This document shows positions 1-13,837 of a stretch of DNA of 64,000 nucleotides, one piece after another (position 1 is the stretch's first letter; every line of letters starts with the position of its first letter). The notes under the pieces were generated by a model that saw only the letters and a list, made by a program, of their open reading frames with translations, had not been told where the DNA came from and ran no database searches. Made by a program: the position numbers and the translations under genes. This stretch comes from Ramazzottius varieornatus (lineage: Eukaryota; Animalia; Tardigrada). The DNA lies in assembly GCA_001949185.1 (NCBI GenBank), contig BDGG01000012.1, positions 1,232,973-1,296,972 of the forward strand, in the 5' to 3' direction.

Positions 1-3000
1 GAATATGACGCTCGTCACTTTCACCGTCTCCACAGTCTAAAAAGGAACGACTTGTGATATCAACAGCACCTTAGTCCGACCACCACAAGTATGCAAAACT
101 ACTTACACCCATTTCCAGGGTCCTCTGCTCCCAAGGCTTGTTCTTCTTGACTTTAGGCGAAGCAACTTGTGAGTGCTCGCTGTTTGCCGCTTCGTTATAC
201 TTGATGTGCCCCTGTGGAAAGTATTGGAGGACGTCGCCTAGTTGCGGGAAGTAAGGCGAGCGACGAGGCTGGACCTCTGTCAGCCACTTCGGCGGGGCTG
301 CGTCCATCCCTGCTTCAATCTCAGCATTTGTCAAAGTGGCGGGTTCGTCAACTTCTTCGACCTTAATCTCGGCATGTCCATTAGTCTTCGATACTTCCGA
401 CTTCTTGCGTTTCTCTTTGACGGGCTTCTCCACCTGGAACTCTGCATCTTCTTCCTTCTTGATCTTCCGAGATGATCGTTCCTCTTTTCGATGCTTCTTC
501 TCCTTTTTCTTTCTCTTGCCTGTTCCGTTGTCCAGTCCCTTCTCTCTCTTCGGCTTGCGAAGAGCAGGAAGATCTGAGAAATCGTTTGCGTTAATGTCAT
601 GAGAACGTGTTCGACGAGAGGGTCGTGCTGGAGGCCCTCGCGACGTGGACGGCCCGTCGTCGCGCCCATTCACCATGTCGATTTCGAGGTCTTCCTCCAA
701 AATGGCGTCAAGCTCTTCACCGTTCTCATACTCATCATCGCTTTCGGACTGGAGTCTTCTCTTTCTTGTGCGCGTGCTCTGCCTCGTTGGAAGTTGAACC
801 TATAAAACGTTTTGTAAAATTTCCATATAAAACTAGGATCTCGACAGGACTTTTCCCAAATGGCGCAGGCCTCCAGTCTCATCGGCTGAAAAGGTGCGCC
901 ACTTAGAAAACCGATCTTGTCGAATACATGTGCCCAAGTCCAGATTTACCTATTTCGTATTTTTAATGAAGGAAGCAACATCTTTACTGCTTCAAAAACA
1001 GATTTCGAAGATTAATTACCCCCTCTTCGCCAGCGCCCTCAACGTTGCCGCGGGTTCGTAGTCTTCGTCCGCCTTCAGGCACAGCATCGTGGATGGACAC
1101 GGCGAACTCCGAGTCGTTCTCGCTTTCGTCCGTCGTATGCTCACCCTCTGCTCCTTCATCATAGGTCTCGTCGCCCGAGTCATCGAAGTCTCCAAGAATC
1201 AGGCCACCTGGAAGCTGTGCTGTACCTACAGCCGCAACTTCCGGGACAACTTCCCCATTCAGAAGACTTGCTTCCAGCTCACGCGGTGGATTGTAGTAGG
1301 TAAGAGTTGGCGCAGGCCGCATCGACGGAGCATCCCGACCGATCGGCGACCTTCCATCCTGCAAGCAGCTCTCCGGGTAAACAAATTTCAGAAATTGCTC
1401 CTCTCATATCAACGATTGCTAACCTTGGTGAGCTCGCGGTGGCGTTCGACTTCAAGCACCGACAGTTCGTAGCGTTTACGGTGAAGACTGTTCATTAGCA
1501 AAGGGTTCATAGGGCTCGGGATGTATACTCGATTGTACGGGTCTTTCGGATGGTCGTAGTTGATGCCGATCAGCGGAGCATTTGCCGGAACTGGTGGCTG
1601 ACCGTCCTCCTCTGGTACCAGCGCCGGGTTGTTCAGAGCTTCTAACGCAGGATCCAAGGCAGGCAACGGTTCCGCAGGGACATTCTCCGCATTCCTTTCC
1701 CTCCCTGGCACCTAAAGACAAGAAGAATGGCTGACAACGTGCAACAAACTTACGCGTTGCTAAATGTCTGAATATTGTTCAGCTCGGCAAACGAACTCGA
1801 CAAGACTCTTTTCCCACGTGGCGCACGTTTTTGGTGCTGCTGGCTTAGAGCGTGCGGCACTTAGACAAATGATGCTGTCGGGTTTGCCCAACTACCATTT
1901 TCTTGCTTTAATTTTAATCCAGTAACTTATTTTGCATATTTTGTTTCTTCGTACCAGGCGCTGCATTTCCGGTGGGTAGGGTCCGCCCAAAGAGCTGACC
2001 AAGAACGGCGGCTGCATCAAGTTGGGCGCCAAGTTCGTCTGTTCGTCCACCACGAACCCACTTCCGGCTCTCTGGACAGGCCGGTAGTCAGTATGGAAGA
2101 ACTGTTCGTCGGGCGTGCCTAGGTATGCCGAGCCCTTGCCCGCCCCATAGACGTTCAACGAGCCAAACATGTCCGTCACAGCGAAGGAGAGGCCGTCCGG
2201 AGACCACTTAGCGTCCACGAATGGGGAAGCTCCGTGTCCAGGAACCCACTGTTCGAACTGGGCTAGCTTCGACCCGTCAATTAGAGACCACAAGATGATC
2301 TTCGAGTCATGACCAGCGGTCAGGTAGACGTTAGTGTCAAACGGGTGGCACTCAAGAACGTACACTGCGTCATTGTGGCCGCTGAGCTCGTAGACTAGCC
2401 TACCGTCATATGAATCGAAGACCCGGACTATGTCATCGTCGGAGGATATGATGGCGTACTGATCGTTGCGAGACCAGCCAACCATCAGAACTTTCCGCTT
2501 GTAAGCTCGAGGATCGAACTTGTCTGACCCCGGTCTGCAAGAACAAGAATATATGAAACGCCGGCCGGCCGGCAAACAAGCCGTGGAAGATTATCATCTC
2601 AAGTGACGCACCCTTCTAGCCGGTAACAATGGAAGCGTGCGGCACATGAGATGACTATCTTGTAGGTCTTGTTCATTTCTTGCTACACGGAATACTATTG
2701 TAGTGTAATCACTGTAATGTTCAGGTTTTGTTTTCTGATTGTTGAAGCAATGAAATTACACTGAGAGAGTTTGTGCGCTGTTAAGGAGGATCGACGTCCA
2801 TCCCTCCTTCCTGCTGGTCCAAATGCGCGCGAACCCGTCCCGACCGCCGGACAGGACGCGATCTCCTACGTGGGCGTACTCCAGACTATCGACTCGTTCA
2901 AAATGCAGACTCTTCTGGTAGATCTTGACAGGCCCAAGATCTCTGCCTTCGGCATCGGTTCCGCTGTCTGCCAGAAGGTTGTAGATGCGGACATAGGTAT

Positions 3001-5411
3001 CGCAACTTCCGGTTGCCATAAAAGTTCCACCTATCAAAAGAAGTATTTTCTTGTCAACAAGACATACACGAAGAAGAGAATCTATGGTTATCTACCTGAA
3101 CTGAAAGCCATCGAGCAAATCTTCGCGTCAGGAGTCTCCACAGTTTTTTCGTTGATGGCGGTTTCACCCGGCCTGAAACGGACAACAATCAGTAAGACGG
3201 ACAACAAATCAGTACAAGCTGAATGGTTGGTATCGTTTTATCGAATGCCAGTATCATATATTTACAGAATCCTCAGTGTTACAGCGTCATATTTCCACAG
3301 TCTGACGACACCATCCATGGAAGAAGCGGCGAGGTAGCGGACACTTCCGCGAACCGACGGGGAAAATTTGATGCTGGATATAGGAGACGAGCCTGGTTCC
3401 TTGTGAACACAGAGCTGTGCACCGGACTGCAGGCTCCATATGCGGATAGACTTGTCCGTAGCCACAGCAGCCAACATCGTGTTCTCGTCGTTGATATCCA
3501 TGTGGACTATTTCGGAACTATGCCCACGGAATGTGAACAAGAGACGACCGTCTAGTGCACTCCACAGCTTGAGTAAACGGTCATCGGAACCCTAAACCAA
3601 AAACCCCAACAAAACTTCCAATGCGAAATGTCTTCACGTTGGATCTCGCAGAGATGACATTGTTTTTACCGTGATGATAAATCTGCCGGTTCTGTCGAAG
3701 CGTACGTTGAACACTGCGGCAAGATGTCCCAAGATCCGCTTGTGCAGCTGGAATTCTCTGTAGTACTTCTTCGAGCATAGGACGTCTTGGCTGAGGAATC
3801 CGTGAATCTGTCTTGCGACATTCAGCTGCGCTGGAAAAACCCAATAACCATACGGAAACAATCTTCTGATGATAAGAATGGTTTAAATACTTACACCATT
3901 CGGGAATGGTGACGGCCGCTGATACGATGGGCGGCACAGGTTGTGGGTACCAAGGGTTGCGAGAGTACAGGAGCTTTCCGGCGTCGAGTTTGGCTGTTCG
4001 GGAATCTGTAAGACGAATAAATCTGACTTCCATTCATAGATCATCGTTCCTAGTTGGGTTTTCGAACTAAACGTATCTCCTGCACACTAAGGATTACCTT
4101 CGGGGTTGCGCAGGCAGTCCAAGCGGCCAAGTCCGGCGCTCTGCAGAAGACTGGTGATGCCCTCGACATTGTTCGTGCGGTTTCCCTCTTCCAGTATACT
4201 CCCGATGTTCTTCGAAACTTTCAAGAGATAATCAGGCTCCACATGGCTGTAGATATCATTCTACAACAGAGGCAAGGATGATTGTTATTTCGTATTTGAA
4301 TGACAGGAAAGAACATCTTTTGGGTGCAAAGGATGGACAACGGGCAGTGGCGCCGACTCCATGTCCAGCATCACATGTCATGTCATTCCATTACAGTCAT
4401 GTCCTTTATGACTTGACATAACATGACCTGCGTCGGCAGTGCGTCCTGCATCCCGCAATGCACCTACTGATCAGTGAATCAAACAACCACCTTCATGGCA
4501 ACTACAGTGCTGAAAATGAAGTCCTTCCTGTGGCCACGTGATGCTAGTTACCATTAACCGATGTTGAAAGACCACGTGACCACAGGAAGGAACCGGGTCC
4601 AGGCGACCGACCTGGTTTGAACGGATCGAGGCATGGATGACTCACCGACAGTGCACATAATTGATTTCCCGAGCTTGACATGTGATGCGAGTGCCCAAAA
4701 GGAGGAAACGCCCCGAGGTCATTAAAATTTATCCAAAAAATTGGTTTCAACTGTGTTTTAACATCATTATAATTTTTCAGTGATAGAAAAAGTAATTTCA
4801 ACACAACGCACCAGTTCGTCAAAACTAATGCCATGTTCTTGTCCAGTCCAATCCAGCCGTTTGGGAAGAGCCTAGAAACATGTTAATAGACAATAGTAGT
4901 TAATTAGGGATGAGTAGCTCCCGGAAGATGACCAAAAGAATCTGCAAGAACACACCACCAACGAAGCGCACAGCGCTCGTGCAACGTCTCAATCAATACA
5001 CAGGTCGAGCTGCAGTGAGCATGCGGGGCTCAACATTCATGCAGAACTAAGGCAAACAGATGGAACATGCGTACATCGTTGGCCAAGAACCGGCGTTTTT
5101 TACCTTTCTATCTTCCAGCTTCTGGATGAGAACCTGATGAAGAAGAGTAATACATCAAAAGTAGATTTCGTACCTCGAAAAGGAGCTTTGAACCAGCAAC
5201 TCGGCTTACCTCCCCGACTTCTCGAAATGGTCCATTTTGAAGATACTTGGCGATCAGAAAGTTGAATTCTACAGAGTGGTCAGTTTTTGGGAGTACTTGG
5301 CGTGGGAAAAACGGCAAAAGTTATGTTTTCACAACAAGATCGCGCAGCTGTTTCGACCAGCTTACCTTCAGCCTCCGGTTCAAACAATCTGTGATCTGGC
5401 TCAGACATCAT
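1..5411 (-). CDS. BRWD3: Bromodomain and WD repeat-containing protein (BRWD1/BRWD3/PHIP family), multi-exon, 3' end beyond left edge
   Basis: Exons encode EFNFLIAKYLQNGPF, LLPKRLDWTGQEH, HKRILGHLAAVFNVRFDRTGRFIIT, further WD40 repeats, PDEQFFHTDYRP...DEQTNLAPNLMQPPFLV and WLTEVQPRRSPYFPQLGD. Probable ATG at 5411. Confidence 0.92.
841..923. mobile_element. Palindromic MITE-like repeat, copy 1 (BRWD intron)
   Basis: Imperfect terminal inverted repeats tcgacaggacttttcccaaatggcgca...tgcgccacttagaaaaccgatcttgtcga, shared with 5 other copies. Confidence 0.7.
1787..1888. mobile_element. Palindromic MITE-like repeat, copy 2 (BRWD intron)
   Basis: gcaaacgaactcgacaagactcttttcccacgtggcgcacg...cgtgcggcacttagacaaatgatgctgtcgggtttgcc. 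Confidence 0.7.
4299..4723 (-). ncRNA. Candidate structured intronic RNA in the ~550-nt BRWD intron
   Basis: Nested complementary segments 4299-4304/4718-4723, 4317-4324/4694-4701, 4368-4380/4676-4688 (13/13) and 4523-4540/4573-4590 (18 bp, G-U on the minus strand). Confidence 0.45.
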
Positions 5412-5969
5412 GACAGGGTAGCCCAATCCTCCAAAGTGTTTAATGTCATCTGAAAAGAGTCCAGAAAACAATTAGCAATCTGTTTACTTCCGCCCAAAGC
5501 TGCGCACCGAAGAAACCATGATTGTCAACTGGCAGCCGTGTCACAGCGAGCGATCAAACGAAATTCAATTTCATCGAAAATTTCAGAGTCAGCGTGCTGG
5601 GCAGAGCGATGAACGGGACGGTCGTCATTCAGGAATCTGCTGTTTAGCGGCTGGCTGCCACGGAACTATCCGCCAACCGTCAAGCACAGTATCGTGCCCA
5701 CCCACCTTGTCCAACCAGTTACAAACAGCCCTGACCGATTGCGAAAGCTGTCTCAAATGGCATGACATCACACCTCCGGTCTCGGAAAACTGTCCCAGCA
5801 GAATTGTTAATCTAGTGTTATTTCCCGAGGAACCGTTGCTGAAGCCTGAGAAGGTACCGAAAGGTGCGTGGAGGCTTCTTGTTTCTTGTTCCTCATCACC
5901 ATAATTTATCCCTGTTCCCCTTTATCTGCAGTGTAGAGACCAGCGAAACATTCAGAAAAAACTGTCAAG

Positions 5970-6583
5970 ATGTCTGCCGCTGACAAGAGCAACAAGACTG
6001 CAGCCGGAGAGACCAGTGGAGGGGGGGTTCAGGTCCAGTCAATCTCCAAGAAAGCCGTAAGTTGATTGTTTGTTGGTTTTTACTCTGTCACCGGAAGTTC
6101 CGATTGTTCATTATTGCATGGATATTATCTTTGTTTTCGGATGTTGCAGAAAAAGACCAACGAGAACATCAACGCCAGGTTGGCACTGGTGATGAAGAGT
6201 GGCAAGTTCTGCTTGGGTTACAAGCAAACCCTGAAGACTTTACGCCAGGGAAAGGCCAAGCTGATCATCCTCGCGAACAACACTCCGGCACTAAGGTAAG
6301 TCGTATTTTCTTTCTGTGTTGTTCTTTGTCTTTCATGTGACCAAGTCTAGATATGGTAGATTATTCTGAACGGGGTTTTTTGTCTTGCAGGAAATCGGAG
6401 ATTGAATACTACGCAATGTTGGCCAAGACCGGAGTTCACAACTACACTGGCTCAAACATTGAGCTGGGGACAGCTTGTGGTAAATTCTTCCGAGTTTCTA
6501 GCCTTTCCATCACCGATCCTGGTGATTCTGATATCATCAAAACCATGCCGGGTGCTCAGGTACCGGAAGGCCGAAATGAGTAA
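5970..6583 (+). CDS. RPL30: 60S ribosomal protein L30 (eL30), 3 coding exons
   Basis: [45 protein letters not shown]|[31 protein letters not shown]. Confidence 0.97.
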
Positions 6584-7111
6584 ACTTCTGTCCCTGACGG
6601 CTTTTCTATGGTTCAAGTTTTAACAGCGTAGTGGACATTAAACGGTCTGAACAACTCAGTGAAGGCGTCGAGGTACTCTTCGAACTAGTTTCCTTACGAA
6701 ATTGTACTCGAAGCGAATACATAAACGGATTAGCAGTACGTAAGCACAGAAGAATGGTGAATTATAGTGGCGGGCTTGCCATGCGGTGGGCTAAAACAAC
6801 TCAGTTTTCGGGAAACTCTTCTTTAATGGTACCGGTACGATGTTTACTTGATGGGACAAAGTAAACTTATTCCCGTTTCGCGATATCGGAACAGCTAGAT
6901 GCTTTAAGGGAAAAGGAATGTAGACAAGAGGAACATAGCTTATGATAAAATTTCCAGGTATCAGCAGTTCGAAACCACGCTCCGAAGACAGTTGAAACAG
7001 AAACACAGAATAAACAACATATTGTTTGCGAGTTATAGCTTACAAGACTACCATCGCAAAATACGAGCCACAAGTATTTTGCACACCGAAATAAAATATT
7101 GGGACTTCTTT

Positions 7112-9115
7112 TCAACCGCGAGCAGGAACGGCCTTAACGGAAGTCTTCGCGGCGGCTCCTCCGGACGTCGAAGCACCGGCATCCGTAGACTGTTCCAGCT
7201 GCTTTCCGAGGTATTCCCAGTTTTGTACCATCATCTTCTGAACTGCCAGTAGGGCTTGGTACCGAACGTTTGCATCCTCATGCGTCAACAAAGTCATGGC
7301 CAACTGTTTTCCTCCGATCTGCTCGATCACCCTAAAACAAGAAACCACCGTAAGCAGACGTCGGGAACCTTCTGCGGCTTACAGCGAACTTACGATTTTC
7401 CTCGAGGATAACAACGCACGTACTCTCCAATGTCGTGTACAGCCACGCTGAGGATAAGAGGATCTTTCGATATCTCCAATAGACGGACGAGTATCCTAAA
7501 AGCAGGAACCTCACGTGAGTTTTCGAAGAACTGCTATCGGCGCTTCATCGCTCAAAGACCTACTTGAGGATCTCATAGTTCTTGTCGTTGAAGCTGTGCG
7601 CATTTTCTCGCCAGAACCGTTCGCTCTTGTGTACGGGGCTCCATTCCAGCCTTCCGGATTTCAGCTCCGACACGTATTCATCGAACGAGCTGAAGCATTA
7701 CCATAGATAAGTTATATCGCATATTAGAGTGAATAAGCGAACCGATCACAAGTTCACATACCTCAGGTCTTGCACACTGGCCTGCAACTTTTCGTCGAGA
7801 TAAGTGATGTCGTCCAGAATATCCTGATCATCGAACTTCCTCGTTTGTAGTAGGCTGAGGTTCTTCAGCACTTTCCCATGTACCATAGCCACCGCGTTCT
7901 CTTGAACGACTTGAAGATCCTCCGGTTTCTCCAACAAGTTCTATTAAAGGAAACCAGTGAATGCCGGATACAGACTTACGACAAAAGTATAAGAGCTTCA
8001 ATTCTTCTCACCCTAAATGTAGCCAGAATGATTCGGAAAACCTTTTCTTTTTGAGAATCTTGGAGGACAGCCGCCAGAACTGGAATCACGTTGTACTTGT
8101 TCATTCTCTCCGCCAGATCGGGATTGAACGTCATGCACCACAGGCAAAAGACCAGCTGGTACTGGATTTGGAAGTTGCTGCTGGTAGACAAAGCGTTCAG
8201 CAACCTACAGTCCAAGCACACAGCAACCGTATATAGTATGTTTTTCAAATAATGGTCCCACAGGAGAACTTGGGTTCTGGGTAAGAAAATCATACGTGGT
8301 TACTCCGTCGACGGATGAGAACGCTTGTCGATACTCATCCACTCGCAACAGCATTTGTAGACACCTTGCTGTAGCCTGCTTATACTCGTTATTCTGTAAA
8401 GACAACAAAGATGGTTCACTACAGGATACCTGTCAAGGAACTTGTAATTATACAGACTGAAGTTTTATGGACTTACTGGCATACGAAGCTGCTCTTTCAA
8501 GAAGGCCAAATAGAAATGCAGATCCGCTCCCTCCATCAACTCGTTGCTCCAACAGGCCAGCTTTGCGATGATACGCCCAGCCTGGTTCACGATGAACGGA
8601 TCTTGTCGGTTGACCAGTGGAAGAAACAGTCGCCAAACGGTAGTGTTCTCTCGATGAGCATAGTCGTGGAAGATGTCCACACGCGAGCGGTCCTCTTGCA
8701 GAATATCATCGATCATGGTCAACAGATACTGCACCGTCTGATCCTTCGCCACATTCGCGATCATCTCCAAGAATGTTCGGGCGCATTCGTACTTGTGTTC
8801 CTTGAGGAACTGATCTCGTCGAGGGGGCGGAGATGTGTCGAGCATCATAATCACGTTGAACTGCTCTTGGTTAATCATCTGACTCTGGAGGTATGACTGC
8901 CAGTTGATGCGATTTGCTCGAACTTCGCTGGCTCTGTTGGCAAGAGCAGAGTTGGCTACCACAACACCTGTAAAGGAACAGGAAGACAATGTTGGCTAGC
9001 AGAACTAATTAGGGATGACCATCACGTGAGGACTTCCAGACGCTTCGATGCAGCTCTTCGTCCTACCTCCCACTTGCTCGAGCTCCTCCGGGAGCCCATG
9101 CAGGTTCTGCGCCAT
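7112..9115 (-). CDS. ATP6V1H: V-type proton ATPase subunit H, multi-exon
   Basis: [52 protein letters not shown] and [22 protein letters not shown]. Confidence 0.96.
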
Positions 9116-10269
9116 CTCACACTGAGTCTAGTCTTACAAATATTTCCAAACAACGAAGAGGAAATGGAACACCAGATCGACAAACTTTCACTCGAAAACT
9201 GGAAATAATTCTTTACACTAGCCAATCGCCAACAAACACAATGAGCCCGAAATTAGAATTTTCTCATAGGAGTGTATCTCCGTACAACTGTATCGTGCAA
9301 GCTAATTGACATACAAACGTACCCAAACACTACGAAAGCGCAACACCATACCTGTTAAGATTGTTAGTGCGTCCGTGAGGTCACTTAGAGATGGCGCTGT
9401 CTCGGCGTTCAAGCTCGTTCGTCGCGATGAGACTGTGGTCACCGAAGTGACCGAACTCTTCCGCGGTAACTGGGATGATACTGTATCCTTATGAACCTGG
9501 GTATCCGGGGTACTTTTTCTATTCATAATGGCGGTACTGCAATCAAGCAGGGTTCAGTGGATAGAACGCGATCCGGGAGTCACATAGGGCTTCGTCATCG
9601 ATGAAAAGGCGTTAGTTAGATGTACGGGTTTAGGTAGTGAAAATGTTCTGGACTGGAACAATATGGACTTTCGGTAAGATCGAAAAATGCCTCGTACAAG
9701 CGAGTACCATTTGGAGAACTAGCCCAGAGATCAGCTACGACGGGAATCGCGGTCCTTTGCGACATGATCTTGGGTGGTGTGCCTGGTGTCACGTAGTGAC
9801 TTACAGGACCTCCTGTAGCCCTCCCGTTTGTGCTTCCATAATTAACCCATCCATAATATTCATTCCATATTTAACCGCCATTTGTGCGGAAATTGTAAGT
9901 AATTAGGCACACACTGCCCTTTTGCGCAGTCAAGCGAAATGAGAACCGGAAGTCGCTGTGCCAGCATTTCCGACGGGCGCCGTCTGTCAGACGAGTTACG
10001 CAGTAGTAGAAACGTACGTACATGACGGTGATTCGGCAGTTTACGTCGCTCCCGTCAAGACTCAAGATTCAAGAAAATTAATTTCCATTAGGTATATTTT
10101 GAACTTCTTGGTGAAACTGAAACCCACACCGTTCCCCTGACCCCTTCTTGATCTTCCTTTACAGGTTAGAAACTCGGTGGATGAGGTTGGGAAGCTTTCC
10201 TGGATCCAGACTTAGCAACCAGAGTTGCGCCATCTGAAGACAGCCACGGTGTCTTAACCCTCTTCCAGG

Positions 10270-12003
<1,734 letters not shown>

Positions 12004-12126
12004 ACTTACTTTTTGTTCTTCAGAATTGTGGAGTGCTTTTGCTCTTATTTCATAAACTGGAAATTTGAATGGCTGCATCGCATTAATCCTAGTGAGCGGG
12101 TGCGAAAATACTGGAGTCGTTTTTAC

Positions 12127-13279
12127 TCATATTAAATCGTTCATTTTGGCCAGTTGTTCTTCTGCAAGCTTCAAACGAGCATCGCAGTCTTTCAGAGAAG
12201 GATGTTCGGCTGAAGTACCCACCGCTATCTGATGGTAGTGCTTATTTATCTTTCTCAAACACGGAACAAACTCTTGATAGAGAGCCCGCAGGGCGTAAAT
12301 TGGTGGATCTTCCAATACTTTTCGAGCTACGTTCTCTACTATCTTCTTGTGGGCGTCGAGGGAAGTGTCGATCAAGCCATGGTCTGTCGATGCGAGGACT
12401 TCTTCCAGGTTGTCCACCTTGGTGATCAGAGTGTTGAAGTTCGTCTGGTCTTGAACGGACAATCGTCGTTGCTGGTTGGGTTCTTGCGCGGTTCCGGTAG
12501 ATCTTTTCAAAATCGATTTGACAGGAGTGGCGGAAGGCGGAGGAAGTGGTCGAAGTTCTGCAACCAGGAAGTCAGCTCGAGTTTTGTACTCATAAAATGG
12601 CCTTGTCGAAAGCCCTATTCTGTTTTGCAGAACTTTGCGAACCTTCAGGAGCAATAGGAACGAAGTCCTCCATTTCATCAGGAAACTTAGATTCTGATTC
12701 CGCGATCGCTGGAGAGTCTGGTTTGGTGGCTTCTTCGTCTTTTGCTTGCTTGGCAGATGGTTTCATCTTAAGCGCAGAGTGAACTTTCGATACAGTTTTC
12801 GAAGGTCGATCTCTGCTTATTTGAGGCTGTAGATTCTTCTGACGGGGAAGGGAGATCCCTGACGTAGCTGAACGCTCAGTGCGGTCAGTTGGGCCTAAGG
12901 CAAGTTGACTAGGGTTAGCCGGACGTTGGACCATCTCAGCCATCTTTGCGCGAATGTCTGCGAGTACGGGATCTTCGTGGTCCTCCGCCACAGGGGAACC
13001 TTCTGGGGTATTCATTCCTCCAGACTCGTGCCTCGCTATCCTTGCGCGAATATCCGCGAGGACGGGGTCTTCGTGATGAGCACCAGGTCCTTGATCGGCA
13101 GTATCAGCGGATGGTTCCGACGCTCGAGTCATCGCCGCTCGCATTTCCGTCAAGACAGGATCGGCATCGTGGTGAGCCAGATTATTACCGCTCGGGATCG
13201 CACCTAACACTTGGTTCGTACTGGGATAGTTTCGAATTTGCTGTCCAGAGACAGGAAGATGGTCGTCATGTTGGTTCAT
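12127..13279 (-). CDS. Orphan protein with three (H)EDPVLADIRA-type repeats and a C-terminal helical domain
   Basis: Two overlapping ORFs joined by a GT-AG intron at ~12559-12647. Internal repeats HHDADPVLTEMRA, HHEDPVLADIRA and DHEDPVLADIRA. Confidence 0.65.
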
Positions 13280-13837
13280 CCTAACGTCTTTCAAGGAACC
13301 TTCGAAGCACAAATCTCAACAGGAACAAGTACTGTTGTTCATCTGTAGACTATAAGCAAAGCGTCGCTGCTGGGACCACTTCTTCGATTTTCTCCTTTGC
13401 CTGAGGACCGCCTCAGTTATTACTATAGTGATTCCAGTTTCACTAGAGTTCCCCTTATACGGGAGTACAAGCCAACTGCTTACCCGGAAGTTAGTAATCC
13501 AGGATACAAAGCAAAGATCGTACGAGAGGTGCCTTACTTCACTTCAACCACCAGTTAGGTACAAGATATTCCAATATTTTTCCAAAGTGAAAAGATCCAG
13601 AATACAATACTGCGTCGAAAAGGCCAACAGTATATCGTAACAAGATATCCGATAAGAGAACTAAAGGCTTTCGTATATCCATTAGACTTCACACGTTGGC
13701 TACAAACTAAAGATCAAAAGAAAAAAAGGACCAGTTTCCAGTTTCTAACTACAAAACTAACTGCCGAATAAACGGAATAGACATAAGAAAACATCCGGCA
13801 ACTTTCTCAACACTCGACCACTTCCAGCACAGCAGCC

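Noticed and set aside
4460-4615. SRP RNA-like words (ccaggtcgg, ctgatcagtag) on the minus strand
   Set aside because: No helix-8 GNRA/AGCAG motif or Alu domain
4700-5035. RNase MRP-like words (gaaacgcccc ... cggggctca) on the plus strand
   Set aside because: Poor CR-I match, spans a coding exon in antisense, and no supporting P1/P2 helices
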